A stretch of 64,000 nt of DNA from Salpingoeca rosetta (taxonomy: Eukaryota > Protista > Choanoflagellata): positions 129,844 through 193,843 of the forward strand of contig JAWQFM010000027.1 of the NCBI GenBank assembly GCA_033442325.1, written 5' to 3'. The notes below the pieces were generated by a model. It did not search any database, was not told the DNA's origin, and saw only the letters and a program-made list of their open reading frames with translations. Each line of letters begins with the position of its first letter. Position 1 is the first letter of the stretch. A program made the translations under genes and the position numbers. Below are positions 46,947-59,814 of the stretch, piece by piece.

Positions 46947-49900
46947 TCACATTGCAGCAGTGGCAGTGTCCTTGGGCAACTTGCTCTCACCACCATCGCC
47001 ACCATCAACGCCATCAGTCCCAACAGCAACACTCTCTTCACAATCCTTCTCCACCACAGCCTCCTCCTCCTCCTTCAAGTCCAAATCACCACCAGCATCG
47101 TCATCACCGTCGTCATCGTCGCTCGAGCCGCTGGTGAGCACGTTCTGCAGCTCAGCGAGGGAGAGCGAGTCGCTCCTGAAAACGACGTCAGACGAGTCAC
47201 CGGCATCGCCAACCTTCAACTGCCCGCACTTATCGAGCACGGGGATGTGTTGCACGGCCTCCTTGCCCTGCTCCTCCGTGATGGTGGTGCCTGTGATGTA
47301 CTTGAAGAGCTCGGCCGGTGACTGCACATCGGGGCAGCCCACCCGTTCAAAGTACTTGCACACGTTCTCGCAGTCGCGGTAGAGGTACGCCAACGCACGC
47401 GCATGCTGCGTCTCCACACTCTGTCAGCATTGGAAATGACGATAAAGAAGTGTGAGGCACAGGAGGGTGGCGTGGATGAGGAAGAGGGGGAGAGAAAGAG
47501 AGAGATGTACGCACGCACGCACGCACACACACACACACACAGAGAGAGATGTACGCACGCACGCACGCACACACAAGCACACACACACAACTACACATAC
47601 ACACGCACGCACAAGCACACACAAAAGCACACACACACACACCCACATTCAAGCACACACAAATATCATGTGCATGCGCACCTGTCCAACGTCGATGATC
47701 CAGGCCATGCGGTCAAACCAGAGGATGTTGTACTCGCTCAGGTCGCAGTGGACAAGATGGCACTGGTTGTACATCGTGCACATGTAGTCGCACACCTGCT
47801 GGTAGCACCGCACCAGGTTGCGTTGCGACTTGCGCTCCCAGTCCACGTCCTTGAGCTTGGGGGCGGGGCGGCCGTTTCGTCCAATAAAGGACATGACGAG
47901 CACGTGGCGCCGCTGCAGATACACATGCGGGCACGGAATGCCGGCACGCTCCAATCTAAACATGAGGGCATGGACAACGATTGTGGTGGTTACGTGTCGG
48001 GGGCAGGGGTCGGGGGCAGGGAGGGTAAAGTATGTGAGGTGCGTCCAGGTGTACACGAGCACATCAACATAAGTCAACAACAGGCAATGAGCAGAGACAA
48101 GCAACAATGCAAACAGACAAAAGAAGACAAGAAAATCCCAAATGCAACGGGGACCACCAACAACGCCAGCATCACAGGGCAGCCAACACAACGAACACAA
48201 CGCACCTCGCCAGGTTCGCCATTTCCTTCTCTGCCCAGAGCTTGACCAGCTTGCGCGCGTGCTGCTTGCCCACGCGGCGGTCGTACCGGCGATCACCGTG
48301 CAGAAACTGCTGTCGCTGCGTAAACTCCGTCAGCGTGGTCTTGAACACCTTCAACGCCACCTCAACCTCGTGTCCTGGCATATCGCCATCGTCGTCACCG
48401 CTGGGTGTGCTGTCAATATGGGCGCCCTCAGCACCATCAACACCTTCAACACCTTCAACGCCAGCACCATCGTCGTGTCCATCGTGCTCGTCGCCGCTGT
48501 GTGCTGGTCGCTGCGTGCGCGTGCCGTGAAAGATGACGCTCTCCTTGCCCGTGCTCACGGCGCCGTCGACCTCATTCAGGTCGCCAGCGTTGACCATCTT
48601 GAACACAAGCACGCGCGTGTTCTTGTCCATCGCCATGACGGCTGTGGAGTGCTCCTTGCGCTCGTGCAAGCGGGCGGCGTGGCGTGCGTCCTTGTCTGCA
48701 AACCGCTTCAACTGGTTGTACACGCGGTTGCTCAGCCGCACGTCGTTGTTGTTGCGCTTCACGCCCTTCAGGTCGCCACTGTTGAAGGCAACACAGATGG
48801 TGGATGATTGTGGTGAGAAGAAGAGCGGCACACGTTGCACAAGTCATCGTGGCAAGTCATCGTGGCAAGTCATCGTGGTAAGTCATCGTGGTAAGTCATC
48901 GTGGCAAGTCATCGTGGCAAGGCGTAGAGTGCACACACACACACACACACATACACGCACACGCACACATACACGCACACGCACACACGCACACGCGCAC
49001 CAGTTGAATCCGATGGGAAAGTGCTTCTCCATGCGCTTGCGGTTCCTGCGCTCGTTGTCGTGCTTGTTGTGCTTGGTGACAATGGCACCGCCCATGTCGC
49101 GAAAGGAGCGCACCCTGTGGTCGTACTCAACTGCCTCCTCCTTGCTGTCGTCCCACTCCTCGTCCTCTTCCTCCTGACTGTTTGCCGAGGCAATGAACGC
49201 AATGAACACAGACGGGGGCAGCAACGACACGCGTGAGCACATGTGTGACGATGCACAGGCGAAAGAAATCATCATGCAAACACTGGTGCACGCAAACACA
49301 CACATACATACACGCAAACACACATAAAACGCAAACACACATAAAACGCAAACACACACGCACACACACACGCACACATACATACATAAACGCAAACATA
49401 CACACATATACACGCAAACAGACACACACACTTCGCCTCCCTTTTCTTGCTCACTCACGTAAAGTCGTGGCTGGGCGGGGAGTTGTCGACTGGGTAAGTG
49501 CGATGGTTGGACATGCGGATCTTCAGCTTGCCCGTGGACATGTTGGCAAGCGTCTCAATGTGGTCAAGCTGCTCCTCATGCTCTTCATCCAGCTGCTGCT
49601 GAAGCATGAGCGCAATCATAAAGTCCTGCGACGTGTCCTCGGAAGCGCCCTGCTGCTGTTGCGCAACTGTGCCGAATGTCGCGGTGGTGGTCGATGCAGA
49701 GGACGAGGAGGAGGAGGTTGCCTGCGCATCCTCCAGCGCTTGCAGCTTGGCAGCAAGCTCTGCATCGCGACGGCTCTGCTCCTCTGGCGTGAGCGCCTCC
49801 GCCTCGGCCTCAGCGCCGGGCTCAGTTGTCGTTTGCGCTGGCTGTGGCGCGGTCATGGACATGCCGCCGTCCATCATCATGGGGGACGAGTGCGTTGCAT

Positions 49901-50186
49901 TGGCCTCACCTTGATGGGCCTTGGCGTACTGCTTCTCCTCCTCCTGCAAGCGTCGAGCAAGCTCTGCGTCTTGTCGGTTGAGCTCCTGCTCCAGCTGAAT
50001 TGCGGCGAGGGAGGGTGGCTGCTTGGACGGGTCTTGCTGTTGCTTGGATTTGGGTGCCGGCTGCTTCCAAGGTGCCGGCTTTCCCCATGGCGATGCGCGG
50101 GTTGGGCGTGCCGCTGGGGCGCTCGTCTGGGTGCTCGGTGTTGGGGATGTGGCCTGAACAGGCGAAGCTGCGACATCGGACGACAT
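46947..50186 (-). CDS. RIOK3: Atypical Ser/Thr kinase RIO3
   Basis: RIO kinase motifs STGKESVIFHG, ALKVFKTTLTEF, WAEKEMANL, LVHCDLSEYNILW and IIDVGQ. The RIO3-type N-terminus has SPWG, DFMIALMLQQQLDEE, IVTKH and RLHERKEHSTAVMAMD. Confidence 0.9.
48841..48919. repeat. 13-bp minisatellite (AAGTCATCGTGGY)x6 in RIOK3 intron
   Basis: Direct inspection. Confidence 0.9.
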
Positions 50187-50757
50187 CTTCGTTGTTGTTG
50201 AGAAAAGGGAAAAACGGTAGCTGTTCTTCAGGTGACCAATAGATATGCAGATTATTAAGTGGTCGAAAGGGCGGCTAAAGCGGTTACAAGAAGGTGCTGC
50301 TACTGCTCTTAGCTGGCTGGTTTGGTTGATGTGTTGCGCGCGCGCGTGTGTGTGTGTGTGTGCGTGTGTCGCTGCTCGATGTGAGTTTGCAACGGTGAAG
50401 AAAATGGTGCGATATGAGCAGCAGGTGCAGCGTGGTGGCTGGCTGCGCAAGTTACACAGTGTGACAAGGTGTTGCGCTGCTGCTGTGTGTTTTTTTGATG
50501 ATGTTACGCACCAGACTGAATTCAGTTTTCAGTGCGATTGAAGAAATGTTGGGGTTATGGTTCATATTATTCGGACACAACACAAGCAACGCAAACGACA
50601 GGCGACAGGCAGAAACGAAGCCAACAGCAAGAGCAGAAGCAGTTCAAACACAACAGACACAACAGACACACAACTCAAGACACACAACACACACACATCA
50701 AACACAAGACACAACGATTGTTTCGTCTACGAAGAAAGGCCAAGATGCATGGTCGCT

Positions 50758-51229
50758 CTACTCCGAGGGAGGGAAGAAGATGGCAGGGGCGCCGGGGCGG
50801 CAGCTGCCCTTGGTCTGTGTGTACACGCGCAACAAGGAGGTGGAGCAGACACGGAAGACAGGGTTGTGTGAGATGTGTAGGAGGGAGTGAGAGGGAGCAC
50901 GACACATGGCCGGAAAAACAATAAATTGCACCCCCAAGCACATGCTCACAAACCACCATGCACGGTCGCAAGCATGCTCGCAAGCCAGGGCATTCGCACC
51001 TTCTCGTCGGCCTCCTCGACAGGCTGGACCTCAATGGGGAGATCAAAGATCTTCCTGAGATACGGCAGGTTCTCCTGAAATTGTGGTGGCGCAGAAGCAT
51101 CGACAAAGCATCGATCGACACAGCATTGACACAGTAACAAGAAGGAAGGTAAGCGTGAGCTTACACATTTGCTGACAGCCGAACCACTCATATCCAGCAC
51201 ACTGTGCGTGTGCGTGTGTGTGTGTGTGT

Positions 51230-51263
<34 letters not shown>

Positions 51264-51538
51264 GCGTTGTCGACAACGCTTGGCTCACCTTGAGGACTTG
51301 CGTCTCGTTGAAGGTGACAGTGAGGTCAAAGGCGGCACTGCCCTTGGTGGCGGCCTCATCACGCTTCATGGCAACAAACGGCATCAGCAGCTTCTTGTGC
51401 TTCGCCATGTCAGGGTCATTCTGCGAACAGCAGCAACAATACATATGTTTAGCGGGTGGAGAAGGTGGCGGCCGTGTTTGACGCGGGAGTGGTGAGGGAG
51501 CAGTGAGTACGACAACAGGAGATGCCGCACAAGGGAAG

Positions 51539-51578
<40 letters not shown>

Positions 51579-54427
51579 GCATACGTACACACGGGCATAC
51601 GTACACACGCACACACACACACACCCGCCACCCGCCACGACCCAAGACACCCAAGACAAGTAGACAAACGGCTGACCTTGAACTGCTGGCTGACGGCCTT
51701 CATGTCCGGGAAGCGCTCCGCGGGGGTGGCGCCGTCCGGGTTGTAGTTGTCCTTGAGGTACGTCAGGATCTTCGCCTGCCAGTCAGGATACGTCGACGCA
51801 ACATACAGCACAACTGCAACAAGCAAAAACAAATGGGCGAAAAACAAGGTGCACAACACACGGCGTGAGTGTTGTGTTGTGTTGTGTTGTTCGGGCGTGT
51901 CGTGTAAGGAGTTGTGCAGGACAAGGGAATCGAAGGAAAGGGTGCGAGGCGGACATGGACCAAACAAAACCTTGTGACATCACGCTGTCAACCCCACAAG
52001 CAACCAAACTGTGTTCCGCATCTTCACACGCACGCAAATGCACACACACACACACGCACACACACACACACACACGCACACACACACACACGCACACACA
52101 CACACGCACACACACACACGCACACACACGCAAATGCACACACACACACACACGCAAATGCACACACACACACACACACACACAAATGCACATGCCCGTA
52201 CCGCTGGTGATTTCCTGGACGGGCCCCTTCTTGCGGGCCTTTGCCTTGTTGATGCGCTGGCGGAGGTCCGTCTCCACGTCATCGAGGTACCGCCCAGAGG
52301 ACAGCATGACCTCGTCCACGGGGCCGGCCTCGGGCCACCGCGCCGTCGTGATGCTCTCCTCGTGCCCGAGCAGCGCCCAGATGTGCTCGCACACGTGCGG
52401 GCAGATGGGCGACAGCAGCAGGGCCTGCACCGTCACAAAACGCTCGACAACGCCGGCATGCAGGGGCTCGCCCAGGCCGACGCACACCTTGCGGTAGCGG
52501 TCGCGCGCAGCCTGCAGGGTGAAGAAGCCCGCCATGAGGGCCTCGCGGAAGTGCATGCGCTTGTACGCAGCGTCCGCGTCGCGGATGGCAAGGTTGATCT
52601 CGTTCTCAAACGCCTTGTCGTTCACACCCATCTCCCCAGACCGCACGGCAACAGACCTGAACGCGTTGTGTTGTGTTGTGTGGTGTGTTAAGACTTTTGA
52701 GTGTTCGCAGTACGAATTGTGAATCACGACCCCTGCAACCAAAACGCTTCAGCAACTGCACGACATTCAACACAAAGCCGTGCAGCCTGAAACACCACCA
52801 CCACCACCACCAACGCCACCACGCGTGGGCCTATGACTCACGGGTCCTGTGCAGCGGCGTCGTCGGCCTTGCCGTCCTTGAGGAGGGCGATGCTGTCGAC
52901 CACAGCCTTGATCCACTCCAGCTCCTTGTACAGGCGCAGCACGTTGGCATTCGCCGTCTTCTCCTCAAAGTTGGCATCGTCGACACCGTCGCTCCCATCA
53001 GCAAGCGTCATGCGTGTTGCTGCCAGTCATGTGTGTGTGTGTGTGTGTTGTGGTGAGAACGGTCGTAACGATAAGCGCGAGCGTCAGACACAACAAGAAC
53101 CTCACTAACTCCGTCACTCGCCCAGTGACTCGCCTGCTTGCAGATGCAGGCATTCGCAATCAAACACACGAGGTGTTGCGCGTTTGACTCACCGTCGGTG
53201 CCATACTTCTCGATGCACTGCTCGAGGGTCATAAAGTTTCCGGTGCTTTTGGACATCTTGGCGCCGTTGAGCATCAGATGGCCGTTGGCGCGGAAGCTGC
53301 GCGGCCACCTGCTCATACAGTGGCAGTTGTGGCAGCAAGAGAATGGGAGGCGGTAGTGGTGAGCTGGAGATTGGGAGGGAAGAGAGAGAGAGAGAAGTGG
53401 GACGCGCATACATAATGGCATAAACAAACGCACACGCACACATGCACATGCACATGCAAACACAAAACTGCAACGAGCATACAAACACAACTAGCACACA
53501 CAAACACACGCACGAACCAACGCACATGGCCTTGTTGTCCTCCCAGATGGCGACGTGGTTGTAAAGGCAGTAGGTGAGGTGGTTGGGGATGAGGTCCTTG
53601 CCAGAGACGCGCATGTCCAGCGGGTAAAAGTACTGAAACTCGTTGCGCAGCTTGTCCAGCACGTCCTTGGACACCTTGCACTCCTCCGCAGCAGGCTGCT
53701 CCTTCTCAGAGAGGAAGACGTAGTCGAAGAACTTCTCGTCGCACTGCTCCGGCGTGATGCCGTGCGGGTTGCCGTGCGCGCCCCGGAAGTCGCCGTCTGC
53801 TCCGTCGTGATGGTGACAGCGGCGGGTGGTAGCGTGGGGGGGGGGGGTGGTGATGGTGAAAGCAGGCCGGGAGTGCAGAAAGCATGACGAAAGCAAAGAA
53901 AGACAATAACACCAAAACAACAAACGAAGAAACAGAAAGACGTGACGCGAAAGCAGGTGTCATCCTTGAAACGGCACAACAACGAGCGGGAACCGAGCAT
54001 ACATACCCTGGAGGAGGTGGGCGATGGTGTAGTAGGCCATGTAGATGGTGGAGTCTGAGAGGGACTCGATGAGCCAGTTCTCGTCCCAGGGCAGACGGGA
54101 GCCGAGGCCGTACAGCCGCGAGCACGCGTGCTCCTTGAGCCAGTCGAGCGTGTGGGCAAACGCGTGGCGGGACGAGTCGTGGTAGCACTCCAGCTGCGCC
54201 AGGGCCTCCTCTGCCTGCGCGCGCCACTTTGGCTCGCCGTACATGAGGTACCACTGGTCTGTCAGGGCAACAACGCACTCGTCGCCCGAGCGGGAGATGA
54301 CGAGGCCCTCCGGCTCAAAGTACGTGATGGCCTCGCCGCTCGCAATCATGTCCTCCTTCACCTGCGGCTTGGCATCCTGGTGCACAGATGCAGTCACACG
54401 GCAGAGATGGTGAGGGGGAGGGCGGGA

Positions 54428-54506
<79 letters not shown>

Positions 54507-54933
54507 GTGTGTGTGTGTGTGTGCGAAGGTGAGTGTGTGTGTGAAGGTGAGTGTGTGCGTGTATATGCGTGTGTGCGTGCATGTGCGTGTGTGTGTTGTG
54601 TGTGCGTACATATGTGTGAAACGCAGGCAGCGCGTGGCGTGCTCGATCAGTGTACAGGGTAAGCCACAAGGCAAGCCACACAACACAACACAACAAAACA
54701 ACCAAGCAAAGTTACCACAAGTGACACACCTTCCAGGCGACGTAGGTGATGGTTGGAGAGATCCAGCAGTTGGTCTGGCCGTACATGGTCTCGGGGCGCA
54801 GCGTCGCAGCAACAAGGTACACCTTCTTGTCGCCCAGCTCCTTCAGGCACTGCACAGTCAAGGAACCAGGGTAAGGGTGCATGCACGCAGTTGGTGAGTG
54901 TGTGTGAGTGTGTGTGTGTGTGAGTGTGTGTCC

Positions 54934-54998
<65 letters not shown>

Positions 54999-55328
54999 GG
55001 AGCACTAGAGCAGCAATGGCACACCGATGATTGCAAAGCAGGAAACACCACCCCTGCCAACGACTCCCACGCCCACCACCATCCACACCAACACCGTTCC
55101 TCGATGCCTCGCACCTCTGGCAGCTCGAGCATGCGCATCTTGATGCCCGTGTACTCTTGGGGCCCAATGCCCTCGCCCTTGGACCGGTCGTGGTCCATGC
55201 ACGGCTGCTTGTCCTTGGGCGAGTACACCGCGTGCCGCTTGTGAAACTCAATCTTGTGCTTCTCCTTCAGCTTCAGAGCGTGCCAGCTGCATACGTGTGT
55301 GTGGTTGGGGGTGAGCGCGCGCGCGCGC

Positions 55329-55402
<74 letters not shown>

Positions 55403-57243
55403 TGATGGGTGCGTGAATGTGTGGGCATGCGAGCTGGTGACAACACGGGACATCGTGTGTGTGTGTGTGTGTGTGTGCATGTATGTATGCATGTCACGCT
55501 CCCGACGCACCGGGCAAACGCGTCGTAGTACGGGTTGTAGTCCGTCGTCACAAAGGAGCGGCGCCAGTCGGCCTGAATGATAACAGACACGCACACATCA
55601 ATGTCCATGCATGCATGCACGTATGAGTTGGAAGGTGTATCCGGACGTGACAGTGCTTGACGGTGCGGATCAACAAAGGAAAAGGTGTGATGCGGTGTAT
55701 GTGTGTGTGTGTGCACCTTGAGGCCGAAGCGGGTGAGGTGCTCCTTGGCCAGCGGAGGAAAGTACTCGATCCAGTAGTGGGGATCAGCAAACCTGCACAC
55801 GCGAGCAGACACCAAACGCCAACAGGAATAGGGCAGAGTTCGTCAGCAAGTGGAGGGTGGGGATGACCGAGAAAGGCGTGCAAGTCGGTATTCACGAGTC
55901 AATGTACACACACACACACATACACACACACGCACACGCACACACGCACACACACACACACACACATGCACACACTTTGGGATTTCCTCGTCTGGGATGC
56001 CCATGTCCTGGAGAATCTCCCACTTGTACTTGGCGCGGCCCTCCTTGGCGGCAATCTTGGACTTCTTGGCCTTGGCGTCCTTGCCGTTGCCTTTGTCCTC
56101 CTCTTCCTCCTCCTTGGGGAACTGCGGTGGGCAGCCGTACGTCTCCATCTCCTCCTTCAGGGCATCCGCAGACGCCTGACAGTTGTGTGTGCGTGTGCGT
56201 GTGCGTGTGCGTATGTGTGTATGTATGTGGGAGGGGGACCGGGCGAGGGGGGATTGTGAGTTCAAAAAGGAAAAGCGGTAGTTTCGGGAAAGTGGAGAGA
56301 CTTGTCCGTTGGAGCTTGCAGACAAGAGAGCAGCCAGCATCGCCAACGTCCACACACACACACACACACACACATACACGCACGCACCCATGCACACACA
56401 CACACATGCACACACACACACAACACACACACACACGCACGCACTCATGCACACACACACATGCACACGTATAAACATACACACACATAAACACACCTTG
56501 ATGGGCATGCCGGTGCAGTGGAAGCCAAAGGGAAAGAGGATCTTCTTGCCCTTGAGCTGCTGGTAGCCAACAGCAAACTCGGCCTTGGACATGGTGAACA
56601 TGTGGCCAAGATGCAGCTTGCCGTTCATGTACGGGTACGGGAACGTCACAAAGTACGTCTCCTCCGCATGATCCTTGCCGTTCTGGTGGGATGAGAAAGT
56701 GAGCAGAGGTGAGGGTGGGTGGGAAACGTGAATGGGAGAGTGGGTGAAATAGGGGGGAAAAGGCGGCGGTGAGGTGAGTGAGGTGAGTCGGATGTGTCAC
56801 CACCATGCACTCCATATGTGCCATCGTGCACTCTACATGTGCCACAATGTACTCCAGATCTTCCGCTTGCACCACCCTCCAATCTGCAGCCCCCAATCCA
56901 CACCAAGTGAGCAAAGCAACCAAAACAACCCCACAAACCGACACACACACACACACACATGCACAAAGCTGCCACACCTCTGGCGCATCGGTCTCGAAGG
57001 CCTTCTCCTTGGCCCAGCGGTCCTGGGCCTTTTTCTCCAGCTCAATCAGGAAATCGCGCTTGGACTGCATGTTGTGTGAGAGCATGGACAAGTGGTTGGT
57101 CGTCGTCACACTCAGTGATGGATGATGCTGCTGTGCACTGCGAACGCTCCTTCGGAACCACACCAATAAAGCGCCACAGAACAAAGGTTCCACACAAAAC
57201 ACACACACACACACACTCTCTCTCTCTCTCTCACTCCCACCAT
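50758..57243 (-). CDS. LARS1: Cytosolic leucyl-tRNA synthetase (CP1 editing core missing from this assembly)
   Basis: [14 protein letters not shown] (HIGH motif), [62 protein letters not shown] and KMSKSTGNF. Many GT-AG introns; last exon ends [16 protein letters not shown]. Confidence 0.96.
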
Positions 57244-57691
57244 GGCGGCGGTTGGTCTTGGTGGTTGTTGGTTGTTGTGTCAGCGTGCAGGGGCAGGCAC
57301 TTTGCTTCTCAGATTGGTTGGTTGGTTCCAAAGATGGAAATGGTGCGCCACACACCGCGATGACAGCGTGTGCTGATGTGAAACAAAAACCGCGTGCAGA
57401 CTGTGCAGTTACGGCCTAATGCGCACGATATGGTATGTTTCGCACACAGATTAGGCCAAAATTACACTTAGTGCATAGCACGTATTTGAAAAAAACCAGC
57501 AGGGATTGAACCGCTGTCCTCGAGACGTGATATGGAGGGAGTGGCTCGTCCGACTGAGCCAAACAAGCCAATTGTCTATTTCGTTGAAATCTTCAGTCAA
57601 TTTTCTACAACCGAAAGCCAGCCAGCCACAAAAGCAACAAGCACACGAACCGCAGGACCACACTCACATCTCTCGCACACACACACACACC

Positions 57692-57747
57692 CACCAACGA
57701 CTCATCCACTCACCAACGACTCATCCACTCACCAACGACTCATCCAC
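57692..57747. repeat. 19-bp tandem repeat (CACCAACGACTCATCCACT)x3 upstream of the ZZ gene
   Basis: Direct inspection. Confidence 0.9.
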
Positions 57748-57862
57748 CTTCCAACTGTCGCACGGCATCGCGGCCGCATCATTCACCATCATTAGCGCCA
57801 GCGACACATACGTCTTTGCTTCCTCTTCCCACCCCCTCGCCTTTGAGACCACAGAAGCGGCG

Positions 57863-58678
57863 ATGTCGAGGTTTGCAGCAGTACGGATTGATGGGCACAG
57901 CCATTGCATGCACCATTCGGCATTGCAACACGAGCTGCACAACCTGCCACATGGCTTGGACGAGCCACATGCGCCGCAATACCACCACTCACTCGAGCAG
58001 AAGCAGGGGCAAGGCCAAGAGCAAGGCCGGGAGCAGAGTACACACACAGAAGACAGCGCTCGGGTGTCTTTGATAAGATCTCCAAAGCGCACGGCGTTTG
58101 AGGCGTCACCGGCACTACCAACGCAGGCTGACAAAGCCTCGCAGCAACAACAACAACAGCAGCAGCAGCAGCAGCATGGAATCGTGGGACCGGCCAAGCG
58201 GCCCAACCAGCGCATCCACTCCGACAACGAGGCGCGCAGCGATGACTTGACAGTCAAGACCATGAGCAACAGCGAACCAAGCATTCCGACGTCCTTCAGC
58301 ACCCATAGCAACAGCAGCACAGGCCAGGATGCTGATGATGCCCCCAACGCTCATCACGACGACGCCGACCGTGCTGATGCGTTTGAGCAGGCAGCCAGCA
58401 CGGACAACAACCACGTCGCGTTCGATGTCCCGTTGGTGGCATCTGTGCACGAGACCTGGCCGGCAAAGGACTACGAGCGTGCGCTGCAGCCCACGGACCT
58501 GTACATCTGCAAAGGGTGCGGGTACTTTACGGACTGCGTGCATTATCGCTGCCGCACATGTGCCGACTACGATCTGTGCCCGGCATGTTTTGAGGCCATC
58601 TTCGACAACCACCAGCAGGAACCCAAGTGCCAGCACCCAAAGTCCTCCTTCATGTACATGTGTGATGGCTTTGATTGA
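57863..58678 (+). CDS. ZZ-type zinc-finger protein (single exon, ~271 aa)
   Basis: C-terminal YICKGCGYFTDCVHYRCRTCADYDLCPACF...H matches the ZZ consensus (C..C...Y.C..C.DYDLC..C). The N-terminus is low complexity. Confidence 0.78.
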   Translation: MSRFAAVRIDGHSHCMHHSALQHELHNLPHGLDEPHAPQYHHSLEQKQGQGQEQGREQSTHTEDSARVSLIRSPKRTAFEASPALPTQADKASQQQQQQQQQQQHGIVGPAKRPNQRIHSDNEARSDDLTVKTMSNSEPSIPTSFSTHSNSSTGQDADDAPNAHHDDADRADAFEQAASTDNNHVAFDVPLVASVHETWPAKDYERALQPTDLYICKGCGYFTDCVHYRCRTCADYDLCPACFEAIFDNHQQEPKCQHPKSSFMYMCDGFD

Positions 58679-58703
58679 TCTCCCGAGCAAGGGGGGGGGG
58701 GTT

Positions 58704-58737
<34 letters not shown>

Positions 58738-59046
58738 TGTGTCTGTGTCTGTGTACGTGTCTGTGTGGGCGGGTGGGTGCACATGTACGTGCACACATAG
58801 CTCAGGATGTTACTGTATGTTGAATTGGCTTACGACAGATTCTAATCGATCATATGCGGGTGGATATGCGTGGTTGCGTGGATGTGTTTGTCACGTGTTG
58901 GCACGCTGGTGCGTGGGCCACATTGTTCCGTCAATCGTGATTGCGGCTCAGCTTCCACCAGAAGCGACCGTGTCAATACAACACAACACAAGCGCTCCTT
59001 AAAAAACGTGACTGCCGTCTCGCGACATCCTGCTCTGCTCTACACA

Positions 59047-59135
<89 letters not shown>

Positions 59136-59371
59136 GCAAAGTCGCTTGGAGCCTGTTTACTCAGATTGGAAGGGAACAGTCGGTATGATTCGCTTTGGGG
59201 GGTTTCGAACACAAAGAAGAGAGGAAGAAAGAAACAGGAGGGGGAAGAGAACAGGGATGATTATGGCCAACCACAAGCGAGCAGGTGTTGGCGATGACGA
59301 CAACGACAACATGACGCACAGAGAGAGCACCAAGGTGCATGCGTGTGCATGCCCGTGTGGGTCGCTTGCGC

Positions 59372-59755
59372 TCACTTCATGTGGTCATACTTCCAGTCAT
59401 CGAGGTAGAGAAGGCACTCCTTTGCCGCCTGCATGGAGGTGAAGCGGGCAAGGTAGGACGACGCACCGGCCTTGTCGTTGGTGCCGGAGCGGCGAGCACC
59501 ACCAAACGGCTGCTGCCCAACAACAGACCCCGTGCTCTTCGCGTTGATCTGATGGTGATGAATGAAGAAGCATCGTGGCCCGTGGTTGGACAAAGTGGTG
59601 GCAGGCGCATGGCATGGTGAGGAGGGACATGGCAGTTTTTGGTGATGACCGGTCGCACAAAACAAGCGCGCGCACACAGGACATGATATTGCAGAGGGGG
59701 GGGGGGAGGTTCACACACATCTAAGTGCATGCACACACTCTCTTTCTCGCTCGCT

Positions 59756-59814
<59 letters not shown>

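Noticed and set aside
48841-48919. Regular short repeats as a possible CRISPR array (also the GACTTCGA repeat at ~4757-4788)
   Set aside because: Head-to-tail copies without unique spacers, no cas genes, and a eukaryotic context.
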